64,000 nucleotides of DNA from Octopus sinensis (lineage: Eukaryota): positions 55,490,001 to 55,554,000 of the forward strand of contig NC_043003.1 in NCBI RefSeq assembly GCF_006345805.1, given 5' to 3'. Below, piece by piece: positions 1 to 12,559 of the stretch. The position numbers and the translations under genes were made by a program. Below the pieces are notes generated by a model. That model ran no database searches. It was given only the letters and a program-made list of their open reading frames with translations, and had not been told where the DNA came from. Positions within the stretch are counted from its first letter, which is position 1; each line of letters opens with the position of its first letter.

Positions 1-705
1 GAGAAGTCGCTCCACCTTCCACGAAGTTTTTTATGGGGACGGCCATTGTATAAATCTGGGATGCGAGATTGGGGTGGAAACTCAAGAGATACTTTGGACG
101 ACGCACATCCTAGCGTTGCCACTTACTGGCAGACTACGAGCAAAGAAAGCGTCACTTGTTCTTTAGTGTGGCATCGGATTTGATTCTTAGACCAAATCAG
201 AGTTTTAAACGGTTTAGACACCACAAAAGAGCTACCAAAGTAATGTACCTTCATAAACTCGGTTGACCTGTTAGAAATAGCAGATAGAAATTTAACCAAG
301 TCACTCCATAATGTTACGAATGTGTAATTTATATATTACACCAGTACTTTACAAATTGTTTGACTATGTGGTGCAACGTCAAACAATTGGAGATCAAAGA
401 AAAATTTACTGATGCAATGCGTATTTTAGGATGAAAAAAGAAAAATTAGGTAAGTGTAAAAAATGTTGCTTACCTTGTATTAATCATAGTTCTATGTAAT
501 AAGACTTTGGATAACAGGTTTTTTGGAGACACAGATGTATAAGTGCAGTAAAACTAATTAGCATAGAGAAACTAATGCTTTAGCATATATTTTGTTAAGC
601 CTCAAAATATATTTATTAAAATATGCGGCTCACGTTATCTATAAGCAAGAACCAGTATCTGTCTTGTGTTTGTGTACTTGTGTGTATGTATGTCAGTGTA
701 TATGA

Positions 706-714
706 TGTGTGTGT

Positions 715-754
<40 letters not shown>

Positions 755-780
755 TGTGTGTGTATGTCTGTGTGTGTGGT
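706..780. repeat. (TG)n microsatellite
   Basis: Interrupted tgtgtg run seen directly; source of spurious ORFs 616..903 and 623..811. Confidence 0.95.
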
Positions 781-854
781 TTTGCAATCGTCAGTACGTA
801 TAAGCATATAGGTAGAAATAGAGATAGCTAGAATAATATACATATAGTTAAGGT

Positions 855-1048
855 GGGAAGATAGAAGAATCGTTAATACGCCGGGCAAAATGCTGAGCGG
901 CATTTCGAGACGTCTTGGTGTTCTGTATTAAATGTCGGCGATGTCGAATATGCCTTTAAATTTCTTTCGGAGTTGAGAAAATAAGTACTCGTAACGGACT
1001 TCACGCTTTCACAGCAATCGTTAGCCTTGTGCTAAAATTTGAAACCAA
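855..1048 (+). mobile_element. tRNA-derived SINE (family A), diverged copy
   Basis: gaatcgttaatacgccgggcaaaatgctgagcggcatttcg...aaaataagtac...aaaatttgaaaccaat aligns by eye with copies at 5889-6101, 41209-41400 and 45030-45197. Confidence 0.75.
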
Positions 1049-1218
1049 TGTTGATATAGATATGCATACAGGCACATAGAGACACAGCTACAAACACACA
1101 CACACCATATATATATATAAATAAATTAAAAAATGGAGTCGAACGAAGATGTTAACACTGTGGTCACCATGTAGGCAATCATCAAAATTTTTTGTTCGTC
1201 TTGTGGCTGAGGGAGGCT

Positions 1219-1312
1219 CCTTATCTTTCCTGATGAGAAGATTGCATAATGCACCCTTTATTCCTTCGGAATAAAAGTATGCTGTCTTCGAAACATGTGT
1301 CGAGAGTAAAGG
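1219..1312 (+). ncRNA. Type I hammerhead ribozyme, apparently intact (GUC cleavage after 1301)
   Basis: CTGATGA 1230-1236; stem II GAAGA(1237-41)/TCTTC(1285-89) with inner tttattcc/ggaataaa hairpin; GAAAC-ATGT-GTC 1290-1301; stem I ccttatctttc/gagagtaaagg. Matches the CUGANGA...GAAA...NUH core. Confidence 0.75.
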
Positions 1313-1499
1313 AATTTTGTTAACATCTTCGTCCGACTCCATTCTTTCATTTATTCATATAAAAAACACACAAATTTCCACACAAGAACCCGGAGTTTCT
1401 ACCCTTGACAGGTCGCTTCAACCGTGTTTTCTGACATGAATTTGCTACTCAGGTATCGGTTAAACGAATTTTCCATGCTAGGATAATTCATTCACCTAC

Positions 1500-1506
1500 T
1501 TATATA

Positions 1507-1557
<51 letters not shown>
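1500..1557. repeat. (TA)n microsatellite
   Basis: Direct reading. Confidence 0.95.
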
Positions 1558-1559
<2 letters not shown>

Positions 1560-1802
1560 CGAAACAAGCAACAAGAATAACTTTGGTTTCGCACTACATC
1601 ATTTTATTAAATGTTGTAAGCATTACAACAGTTTTAAAATGCTGAGCACTCATCAGGTATTAATGGAAAACCTCTATTAATAGCTGATGAGTGTTCAGCA
1701 TTTTAAAACTGTTGTAATGCTTACAACATTTAATAAAATGATGTAGTGCGAAACGATCGTACCAAATTACCAAAGTTATTCTTGTTGCTTATTTTGATTA
1801 TA
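1554..1802. repeat. Near-perfect inverted repeat made of two divergent copies of a PLE-type terminus
   Basis: 1586-1656 is the reverse complement of 1684-1754 (70/71 identical). Outer arms 1554-1585 and 1771-1802 also pair. A 16-nt indel (gatcgtaccaaattac) separates the two copies. Confidence 0.9.
1676..1770 (+). ncRNA. Type I hammerhead motif with long stem II (GUA site after 1761), weak stem I
   Basis: CTGATGAG 1684-1691; extended stem II with tgttgtaa/ttacaaca hairpin; GAAAC-GATC-GTA 1750-1761 with palindromic loop 3. Stem I pairing is poor. Tail is homologous to 38041-38172 (-). Confidence 0.55.
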
Positions 1803-1896
1803 ATCACCCCATGGATTTATATTGACAACACCATTCAAAATTCTGGTGCATCTAACTTAAGTACCATATTCATTTGAATCTAAATTTTGATGAACT

Positions 1897-2046
<150 letters not shown>

Positions 2047-3536
2047 AATAATCAAGAGATAGAGAGAGAGTTAAGCTTGTACATATATCATTATATTCTT
2101 CATATTACTTTCAAATGATGCTATATAGAGGTTGCCATTAAAAAATGTGATGAAGAGAAATTGTGACCCATGAAGATATTTTTACAGCTCTTTCAAACAC
2201 TTTAGCAACTTGTTGGTGTGATGTGCATTACGCCAAACGGTGTGCTAATCCTTGCAAAAATACACAAAGGACAATCGAAATTATAATCAACACGTAAAAG
2301 ATCAAGTGTCGAAGGAGTGAAACAATACGAACTTTATAGCAGGAAACTTATCTTTGAGAGCATAGAAAGATTAATAATAAGACGTGGAAAGAGAGGTACT
2401 AGTATCGATGGGGTGGAAACAGCGATAGAAAGAAAGGTTGTGAGAAAGTAAACAGGAACATTCAAATAAACGCAAGGGAGGGTGATGTAGGTGAGATAAG
2501 TACAAAAGAACAGAAAGAAGGAACATAGGAAAAGAACAAGAAAAAAAAATGAAAATCAGAATTAGATTAGTCACGTCAAAACATAAATGTAAGTTTGAGA
2601 AAAATATAGTGTAGAAGTAAGATCAAAGGGAATACATTAAAAGAAAAAGAAAAACAAAAGGATGAAAGCAGCTATATATACCCTACCAAGCTAGTGGCAG
2701 GTGACGATTTCTGCACCTATAATACAGAGTAAGCTACAAAAGGTGTAGACAGGAGCCGCAAAAAATAATAATAATAATAAATAGCAAATAAAGAGGTAAA
2801 GATATAAAATCGGTACAAGAATATTTCTGATCAGGAAGATAGACTGAAAGAGAATGAAAATTAACCCAGAAGATATGAGATAAGGGGCTATAAAAAGATT
2901 ATTATATAATTATGAACAGAAATGTAGGGACATTATGACATCATTCTAATAGCCTTATTTTCTACATTATAAAAAAAACAAAACATAATATAGGATGTTA
3001 GAACGAGAAATCGGTTAACTGTTTAATTGGAGTATATTGATCACAGTTAAAAACAGACCTTTCAAAACTTCGATATTTGCAGAATTTACTAGCTTCATAT
3101 ATTTTCCATACACCTGATTTTGAAGAAAGCTTTTGGTTCCTCAACTCATGTACCTTGATCGTATTAATGTGTAATTCTTAAGCATTGATATTAATTTCGA
3201 TATATAACATTATTATACAGACCTGTTCTCGGAATACCAACAAAACGATGAATCTTTGAAACAGCTGTAAGCAAATTTTACGGATTAAAGTTTCGTCTCC
3301 ATCAAATAGTTTTACGCTTCCAAGTATTTAACTACAATTGTGAATGTTATAAGTGATATCATGCAACATAACCGTACTTGTTAAACGTTTGTCTTTTCAT
3401 AATACGCTACTCTTCTTCCAAGGAATTATTTCTGTCATGTTAATGGTATTGGATTTTGAGAGCCTCGGATACTCTGAATACTAAAAGCATGTTCATCTAT
3501 AATTAGGTTACAATACTAACTTCTTTTCACAGACTT

Positions 3537-3626
3537 GGGATACTGATGAGGTGTAGTGCATAATTACATGTCTCTACTACTTTTACTCATTTAATTCGAC
3601 ACTACCGCGAAACATGCGTGTGTCTT
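3537..3626 (+). ncRNA. Degenerate type I hammerhead (GUG at cleavage triplet, predicted inactive)
   Basis: gggata-CTGATGAG(3543-50)-gtgtagtg...cactac-cgc-GAAAC-ATGC-GTG(3618-20)-tgtctt; stems I and II pair with G-U wobbles. Confidence 0.55.
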
Positions 3627-4734
3627 ATATAACATTGATTACTACACCTGTTTTCTACCTACTATAATGTGTGCGTGTGCGCGCGCGTTTGTGTGTGTGT
3701 GTGTGTGTGTGTGTGAGTGTGTGCATTTGGATTTGGATTTCAGCGGGTATGTATGTGTTGCCACAAGTAGTCCGTGTTAGAGAGGTTGGGTAAGGGTATC
3801 TCTTGTGATTCAGAGGCTCTCAATATTTCGTGTAAAAAGTAAAATAAAGAATCGAAACTGCATCGTTGATTCGTATTCTGCAGATTTCTCTGCATTATCT
3901 CCAATACTAGTTACTGCAGAATCTATAATTGATTAAATGTTGGTATATTTAAAAAGTAACATGAATAAACATGGATATTGCCAATATATATATGTGCTTG
4001 TATGTATGTGTGTGTGTGTATGTGTGCGTGTGTGTGAGTGTGAGTATGTACGACTACGTTGGAATTTAACTGTGTATATATGCATGTAATAATGTGTATA
4101 AATACATACGTGCATATATATATGCATACATACATCTACGCTCATCTGGATATGCAAACATGTACAGCAATATACACATACACAGAAATATATATATATA
4201 TATACATGTCAATGTGTTTGTGTGTCTCTGTATTTATACTTACGTATATAAATGTGTGTGTTTAAAATGTATACATATATATGGATGTATATACTATTTA
4301 TATACATATATAAATGCACCCTCACACACACACGCACGCACACATACGCACACACATATATATATATATATACTTTTACTCATACATACTTATATATGTA
4401 TAGGTATGTGTATGTGCGTATTTGTGCTCATAAAGCGAAGCCAAATGTAAAGTAGATAGATATGGATTATAAATTATATAAGAGGAGAAAATTATGATTA
4501 AATATAAATTTCATTGAATATTTATATACAACAATCACAAACAGTCACACAATGAGCTCATTTAAACAGCTTATACAATACCTATATATATGGAGATATG
4601 AACACATGGCGGTACGCACATATATATAATGGACAAGACATAGAGTTATATACAAGCACAGACGTATGCATATATAAATTCATTAATATGTATGTGTGTG
4701 TGTGCCTTTAGGGATGTAATACACACACATATAT

Positions 4735-4765
<31 letters not shown>

Positions 4766-4869
4766 CATATATAGGCCGATTTACATGTAATGGGAGCGAT
4801 TAAAGCGAAACTGATCAAGGCACAACAGCATTACCAAAACTAGTAACACTAGCAAACCCATTTCTAAAC

Positions 4870-4995
4870 TACCGGTATCATTGCCACTACAACCGCCACC
4901 ACTACAACCACCATTACCCTACCACTATTACTGCCACTACCACCATTACCATCACCATCAACGCTACTTCTTCCTACATAAACAACCACAACAGT
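4870..4995. repeat. (ACC/ACT)n imperfect trinucleotide repeat
   Basis: accactacaaccaccattacc... read directly. Confidence 0.8.
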
Positions 4996-5033
4996 AATCA
5001 TTACTTGTATATTTGCCTGTATTTATATATATG

Positions 5034-5082
<49 letters not shown>

Positions 5083-5263
5083 TACATGTACAAAGGCACA
5101 CACAATTCCGACAACACCCATTACTAATACGATTTCCGACATCAAAGATTTAATAACAACTATTTGATTAAACATTATATATATATATATATATATACAT
5201 ATATATACATATATATGCATAGATATATACATATATATATCTATCTACACGCATATATATATA

Positions 5264-5304
<41 letters not shown>

Positions 5305-5888
5305 TATATATATATGCGTGTAGATAGATAGATAGATAGATAGATAAAGATCTTAAAGAAGAATAAATAACTAAAAACGGCTGCAATATTTTATCTCAAC
5401 AACTACAATTGTAATTACAACAACAGCAAAAGCAGCAACAAAAATACTGTAGTCACTTTCACCAAAGTTGTTGTGATTAATGTGGTCTTACATCCTGCTG
5501 GAAATAGCTGGTATTTATCCTTGAAATCACGCATCGCCGTTTAAACATGAAAGGAAGGATTGTCGCAAAATATTCGGTAACGTAATCAATCCTACACACA
5601 TCTTGTTTGTAAAAAGTGGCTGGACAGACATGTCTGGAAAAACCTTTGATTATAGTTGTACTTAAACATGGTTAACTTGGAGATAAGGAAAAATATCTAA
5701 CCACCGCCATCACCACTACCATCAGTGTCCCCATCAACAAAAGCTACAAAGAACCAACGATGACTTTTCTATGAGATCGCTTGAATAAAAAAATACATGA
5801 ACCAAATCTTCATATTGCACACAACCTTCACCTTAGAAATAGTAAATAAAGGACACATTCAATTATTAATATTTGATACTCGTAAGAC

Positions 5889-6101
5889 AGCGAGCTGGCA
5901 GAATCTTTAGAACGCCAGGCATAATGCTTAGCGGCATTTCGTCCGTCTTTATGTTCTGCGTTCAAATTCCTGAGGTCGACTTTGTTTTCATTCCTTTCGG
6001 GGTCGATAAAATAAGTACCAGTAGGGCACTGGCGTTGATGTAATTGACTAAACCCTTCCCCCAAAAAATGACTGCTCTTGTGGTAAAATTTGAGACCAAT
6101 A
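5889..6101 (+). mobile_element. tRNA-derived SINE (family A)
   Basis: gagctggcagaatc head, B-box-like gcgttcaaattcc, ggggtcgataaaataagtacc core, aaaatttgagaccaat end. Confidence 0.85.
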
Positions 6102-6769
6102 TTAGATAGTCCTAATAAGCTTACAGGGGTACAGCTCAAACAAGTGTGATATGTGGCTAAACTCCTAACTTCTATAGCAAGAGCAGTTATAATTATATTG
6201 ATAATGAGGACTCAACTGTTCAATCAGCTGATTAATCTGCCTCTGAATTAATGTGTAAGTGACTGAGTATTTCTCAAACACGCTTAATTTCACGCTTAAT
6301 TTAGCGTGACATAATTTGTGTCACAGTTCTGTATCACTGGGTATACAATCTTGAAAGAAATAAAACAGTCGAGATAATCCAAGGCTACACAATGTATTCA
6401 ATGCCCAATGATGAAATACCAAATAGACCATAGTGAAGTTTGAACTCGGAACGGAAAGGAGCATAATGTTTGTCTATCCATTCAGCATCATGCTGAAGAT
6501 ACTACTTAGTCGAATCGAACCTGGGATCACGTTGTTGCGCAGAGATTTTCGGAACCATTTGACCACAATGCACCTAAACGCATCAGTGTTAGAATGACCA
6601 TGATTATCAATTATTAAACAACTTGGTTGTGGGGAGACGCTTAGTCGACGTAGACAGCATATGAATTCAACTCATAAAGAGTTGTATATAAACACCGTAA
6701 TGCATTCGACTATTGTAATTCATCTATCAACTCACTGTTACGACCATAATCATTATTATTTCAAAATAT

Positions 6770-7080
6770 GTGGAGGCGCAATGGCCCTGTGGTTAGGGCA
6801 GCGGTCTCGCGGTTGTAGGATCGCAATTTCGATTCCCAGACCGGGTGTTGTGAGTGTTTATTGAACGAAAACACCTAAAGCTCCACAAGGCTCCGGCAGT
6901 GGGTGGCAGCGATCCCTGCTGTACTCTTTCGCCACAACTTTCTTTCACTCATTCTTCTGTTGGCTTGCTTGCTTAGCCAGCGGGGTGGCGTCATTTGCAA
7001 GCTAAAACAATGCGAAGCGCATTACGACCAGCGATGTGTAGCAACATGTGATAGCTTGGTCGGTCACGGTGATCGCGGTG
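6770..7080 (+). mobile_element. tRNA-derived SINE (family C) with 12-bp target-site duplication
   Basis: A-box tggccctgtgg, B-box-like tttcgattccc. TSD ATTTCAAAATAT at 6758-6769 and 7081-7092. The 3' tail also occurs alone at 30046-30163. Confidence 0.9.
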
Positions 7081-7377
7081 ATTTCAAAATATACACGACC
7101 TGAAACTTGAATGAGAATGGTTAGTTGATTAAGTCTATTCAAGGACTTGACTATTTAATTTATCTTCTACGGAATTAAGATATACAAAACTAGGATCGAC
7201 TTGAAATTAGACAAAGGGTTGTAGCTAAATACATTTGTCCAGCTTTCTAACTACTCTGTCGATCTACTGTTTTATAGCAACTGCAACTGCTCATAGCACA
7301 GAAGTTTTTGTTAGTGTGGGATGGATTTTACACAAGCAAAACGCCGTTTTAGTTGGTTGGTATTTTATTTCATCGAT

Positions 7378-7650
7378 ATGTTTGTTCCTTATCGAGCCAT
7401 GCCTGGCTCTTGGGGACAGTTTTCTGGTTTCCTTGTTGTATAGGTTCCCCACCTGACCAAATTGCAGGAGGAAAGAGCGAGAGAAAGTTGTGGCGAAAGA
7501 GTCAGCAGAAGTTCGCCATTATCTACTACCGGAGCCGCGTGGAGCTTAGGTGTTTCGCTCATAAACACACACATAGCCCGGTCTGAGATTCGAACTCTTG
7601 ATCCCTCGATCGCGAATCTGTTGTTCTATCCACTAGGCCGTGTGCCTCCA
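7378..7650 (-). mobile_element. tRNA-derived SINE related to family C
   Basis: Minus strand reads tggaggcacacggcctagtggatag...gagttcgaatctcagaccgggc...cacctaagctccacgcggctccgg, the same head as 6770-6930. Confidence 0.8.
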
Positions 7651-8139
7651 CATTCTATCAATATAGTAGGGATGAATAGCAAAGTAAATCTCAGTAGGAT
7701 ATGAGGACAAAACACAACATTACAAGGTAATTCGACTGACTATGATGTATTCTCTCAACCCAAGATCGTAGAGAGCCAGAAGAAATGTCGTTAGGGTTTT
7801 TGCCAGACTCGCTAACGGATGTTCCAGCAGAGCGCCTCCCGTTGTGCAAATATCGACAATCATTGCAATGATAACAAATGCCATCAAGTATATCATTTAA
7901 TAAATGCAGTGAGATAATCTAACATCAGACAATATCAATATAACGTAAAAGTTTACTCTATGAGTAATGATAACGTCATCACTCTAAACATAAAGAAAAA
8001 GAATTAAACTACAGCAAAATGACACAACGAAGTATTATACCCTATAAAGAAGGGGGTTGATCAGCCGAATTCTTAGTCGGAGAAAGATTATGGTACTACC
8101 CTCCCGAGTTCAATCTTCGTTATGGTCTTTTTTTGCATT

Positions 8140-9630
8140 TTATCATTGTGCGTTTGATTCTAGTTGCAGTCATTCTATCATTGTGCGTTCGATTCTAGTT
8201 GCAGTCATTCTATCATTGTGCGTTCGATTCTAGTTGCAGTCATTCTATCATTGTGCGTTCGATTCTAGTTGCAGTCATTCTATCATTCTGCGTTCGATTC
8301 TAGTTGCAGTCATTCTATCATTATGCGTTCGATTCTAGTTGCAGTCATTCTATCATTGTGCGTTCGATTCTAGTTGCAGTCATTCTATCATTATGCGTTC
8401 GATTCTAGTTGCAGTCATTGTGCGTTCGATTCTAGTTGCAGTCATTCTATCATTATGCGTTCGATTTAGTTGCAGTCATTCTATCATTGTGCGTTCGATT
8501 CTAGTTGCAGTCATTCTATCATTGTGCGTTCGATTCTAGTTGCAGTTATTCTATCATTGTGCGTTCGATTCTAGTTGCAGTCATTCTATCATTATGCGTT
8601 CGATTCTAGTTGCAGTCATTCTATCATTGTGCGTTCGATTCTAGTTGCAGTCATTCTATCATTGTGCGTTCGATTCTAGTTGCAGTCATTCTATCATTAT
8701 GCGTTCGATTCTAGTTGCAGTCATTCTATCATTGTGCGTTCGATTCTAGTTGCAGTCATTCTATCATTGTGCGTTCGATTCTAGTTGCAGTCATTCTATC
8801 ATTATGCGTTCGATTCTAGTTGCAGTCATTCTATCATTGTGCGTTCGATTCTAGTTGCAGTCATTCTATCATTATGCGTTCGATTCTAGTTGCAGTCATT
8901 CTATCATTGTGCGTTCGATTCTAGTTGCAGTCACTCTATCATTATGCGTGCGATTCTAGTTGCAGTCATTCTATCATTATGCGTTCGATTCTAGTTGCAG
9001 TCATTCTATCATTATGCGTTCGATTCTAGTTGCGGTCATTCTATCATTGTGCGTTCGATTCTAGTTGCAGTCATTCTATCATTATGCGTTCGATTCTAGT
9101 TGCAGTCATTCTATCATTGTGCGTTCGATTCTAGTTGCAGTCATTCTATCGTTATGCGTTCGATTCTAGTTGCAGTCATTCTATCATTGTGCGTTCGATT
9201 CTAGTTGCAGTCATTTTATCATTGTGTGTTTGATTCTAGTTGCAGTCATTCTATCATTGTGCGTTCGATTCTAGTTGCAGTCATTCTATCATTATGTGTT
9301 CGATTCTAGTTGCAGTCATTCTATCATTGTGCGTTCGATTCTAGTTGCAGTCATTCTATCATTGTGCGTTCGATTCTAGTTGCAGTCATTCTATCATTGT
9401 GCGTTCGATTCTAGTTGCAGTCATTCTATCATTGTGCGTTCGAATCTAGTTGCAGTCATTCTATCATTCTGCGTTCGATTCTAGTTGCAGTCATTCTATC
9501 ATTGTGCGTTCGATTCTAGTTGCAGTCATTCTATCATTGTGCGTTCGATTCAAGTTGCAGTCATTCTATCATTATGCGTTCGATTCTAGTTGCAGTCATA
9601 TTATCTTGCTGCGTCCGATTCTTGTTGCAG
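8140..9630. repeat. 35-bp minisatellite, ~42 copies (tctatcatt[g/a]tgcgttcgattctagttgcagtcat)
   Basis: Period measured from tagttgcag at 8161 and 8196; head-to-tail with no spacers; degenerate edges. Confidence 0.97.
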
Positions 9631-9909
9631 TCGACTATTTCCCGTCCACGAAATTCCTGTTCCACTGCCAGTTAGATTTTATCTTTTACTTGATTCACTC
9701 ATTAGACTGCAGCTGCGCTTGTGCACTGCCTTGAAAAACATAGGTCGAACGGTTAGAAGCCAAGACTTATTGCTTTAAGCCTAGTGCTTACTCTAATCGG
9801 TCTCTTTCGCCATAACATTAGTCACATGGACGTAAACACACCAACACACGCGCACACATACGCAGAAACCCACAAAAACATACATATATACATATGATGG
9901 GAAACAACT

Positions 9910-10625
9910 TCCTTCCATACAGCCACACCTGTAAGATATCATTATTAAGAACAATTACATCAATAGTTACACAACTGGAGAAGCAACAATATCATCCCCA
10001 ATCAACGAGGATTTCTTCTACATGGTCGACTGGTCTGATAGTAACTGCAGCTAAATTTCCATCAAATCACATTCTACGCGAAATTCTATCTACCGTCCAT
10101 CTACCCTGTATTTCAGTCTGTTGTTGTTCTACAAATTATACTTTTTGGAATCAGTATATTTCCTCGATTGGAAATCTGCGCTTTATTTGGTTTTTGAATA
10201 TCCAGCAATGGGATCAGGTCTGGACGAGGATTTATTATACCCTAGCAGTTCAAAATTCAAATTTTTAAAGAACTTACAATATTTTTTATTTAAACAGAAT
10301 TTCAAAGTAAGATCATATAGGTAGGGTAATACCGTATTGGTAGAGTACCAATAAAGGTTTTATGATTATTATTCTGTTTAGAGTTGGGCCCTAGGTCCTA
10401 TTAGCTCTCCGAAGGAGCTAGCTGTAATGTCTGCAAGGAGTGCGGCTTTCAAGCTAGTATTAAACAGCACAGTCCAGCTTCCCTGCAAATGGGGAAAAGT
10501 TAAGAGAAACTCGGTTGGATCAAGTTTGAAATTATGTGTTCTCGATCAAGGATAAGCTGGAACTAAACAGCAAAACAGCTAACGAGTAAGCGTCTTCGCG
10601 TATTTTGAGCTAATAAAAATAGCTA
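9910..10625 (+). pseudogene. Possible decayed ionotropic-receptor (IR/iGluR-like) fragment
   Basis: Pieces in different frames in IR order: SLLRTITSIVTQ..HPQSTRISSTWSTGLIVTAA (pore/M3-like), YFLDWKSALYLV..EDLLYPSS, AAFKLVLNSTVQL (S2-like), VSVFAYFELI (M4-like). By-eye motif match only. Confidence 0.3.
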
Positions 10626-10999
10626 CCATATTTTCCTAAAATAAAATACCAGATGGGCACAGTTGGAGTTTCTTTAAATATATGTGACCAGCAAGTGCCA
10701 CGTCGAAGTATATAAGATTACAATATATCACTATCGCAAACCTATAACAACAGTACAACACATTTTAGCCACCGACCCTTAGAGCGTATTGCTGTATCTT
10801 GTCCTGGTTTTTGCTGTTGCACTATTATGCCATACACTAGACAGTAGCTATAATGTGTGCTTCCCCTAGACGCCACACCGATCACAACATGCCTTCCTTT
10901 ATCAAAATGTTTGCTTGTCAGCACATGGTTTTCATCTTCCTTCAGCCAGCGATTTCAAGAGATCGAGAGGACGATGGACAGCATCGACCTCACTTTGTG

Positions 11000-11230
11000 T
11001 GTTTGTGTTCGGATGTGTGTGTGTGTCAATGCAAATATGGGTGTCTTTTTGTATGTCCACCCGCCACCGCTTGTCAAGAGAGGTCGGTTTGTTTATTCCC
11101 CAGTAACTTAGTGGTTGGACAGATACGTCAGACTTTTAAAAAAAGTCGACGTATTCGACATAGCCTTTGAAGACGGTGTCCCACTATGGACACTTGTCAT
11201 TGACTGAAACATGTAAAAGATAAAAGATAA
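11000..11230 (+). mobile_element. SINE 3' half related to family B
   Basis: ccgcttg...gtaacttag...gactgaaacatgtaaaagataaaaga tail resembles 30420-30612. Confidence 0.6.
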
Positions 11231-11454
11231 ATGAATATTTAGAAACTGCTACATAAAATGGTAAAACAACAGGGAGAGAATGAGCCCGCATTGACTCACA
11301 ACACTCGAAACAGCGTTTTTAGATAGCATGGTCCGCATCTCCTGCGGATAGGTAAAGGGCAAGATGAGCGGTTTTAAATAGAATAAAGTAGGTTGTACTG
11401 TGAAGTTAGTCTCATAGATTTATGAATGGCCATACGTGCATTTTTGTTTTCATC

Positions 11455-11790
11455 GTAAAGACCCCACTTCGGTCATGAATGACAATGGGTTTGTATCTAG
11501 AAAGTTCCCCTTCTCGGTACAAGTCCGGGCAAGGTTGTTTATGGGAGACCAGGTTTCAACCATGCATACCAGCTTCCCCTCTCCATGCCACTGATGTTAT
11601 CCAAGGGAAAGGTAAAGGCCGATATAGTTACGCACGAGTGACGCTGCAACTCATTTCTACAGATGGGTGAACTGGAGCAACTTGAAATAAATTTTTGCTC
11701 AAGAATACATACACACACCTAGGCCTAGAAATCGATCTTTCTGACTCATGATTGTGAGCCCGACGCTCTAACCAGTGACCCATGCGTCTT
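11455..11790 (-). mobile_element. tRNA-derived SINE (family D)
   Basis: Minus head gacgcatgggtcactggttagagcgtcgggctcacaatcatgag...gatcgatttc is tRNA-like (A and B boxes), followed by a non-tRNA body. Confidence 0.7.
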
Positions 11791-12559
11791 TCATCATAGG
11801 TGTTGTATTGCGGCTGACCTTGGGCTAAACAACAACGATCAGGACTGTAGCAAATCCGGCGGAACAACGGCACCAGAAACACAATATTGACAACACAGTA
11901 AAACAACAAAAGCAAAGAAGCAGCAGCAGCAACAGCAGCGGCAGTAGTATCGTGAGAAAACAATGTAAATGGAAAATATCGTCAAATTGTGATAAACTAT
12001 ATACTGTATTTGTATGAGTGGCTGTATACATGTGTATTTATATATGTGCATGTGTGAGATGCGGAACGGTTCCTGTTAGTGTTTCATGATTGGTAAGAAG
12101 GGTGTTGATGGCTTAGGATTGAGAGGGAGGATGTTTATTGAAATATATTTCCAGATGGTTCCAGATGGTTCCACTTCGTTGCCCCATTACTCGTGTCTCA
12201 GAGTTTCATTTACAAATGTTATTGTCTTAGTTTTATTACTGTATTTTGTATGTCTGTCGTATGTTGTTATGTATTGATTCCCAATTGAAGCATAAGGGCG
12301 CACATTCTTGTTTTTCTTTTTTGAGAGACCGAAGTTTGGTGTATAAAGTCGATTAAAACGACTATAGTATTTATCTAGTGCTTTCTCTTATCAAATGAGG
12401 ACAGAAAATTCAATAATAACGAGCACAGTGAGATTGGAGCTCGGAACGAAAATGAACACATGTAGGCATTATATCTGGCGCTTTACCGATTGGGCGTTTG
12501 TTGTATATTACTTATATCTTTCGTCCAATGATGTGAATTTCGTTGCTTGGTAATTATAA

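Noticed and set aside
3258-3272. GAAAC-AGCT-GTA resembling an HHR 3' half
   Set aside because: No CUGANGA with a pairing stem II upstream.
6770-6845. tRNA genes at SINE heads (also 11720-11790, 14062-14135, 30203-30275)
   Set aside because: A/B boxes are present, but there is no complete cloverleaf and each continues into a shared SINE body.
8140-9630. 35-bp repeat as a CRISPR array or repeat-protein gene
   Set aside because: No spacers, eukaryotic context, and the unit length is not a multiple of 3, with stops in every frame.
10121-10324. LYLVFEY suggesting a protein kinase
   Set aside because: No other kinase subdomain motifs in any nearby frame.
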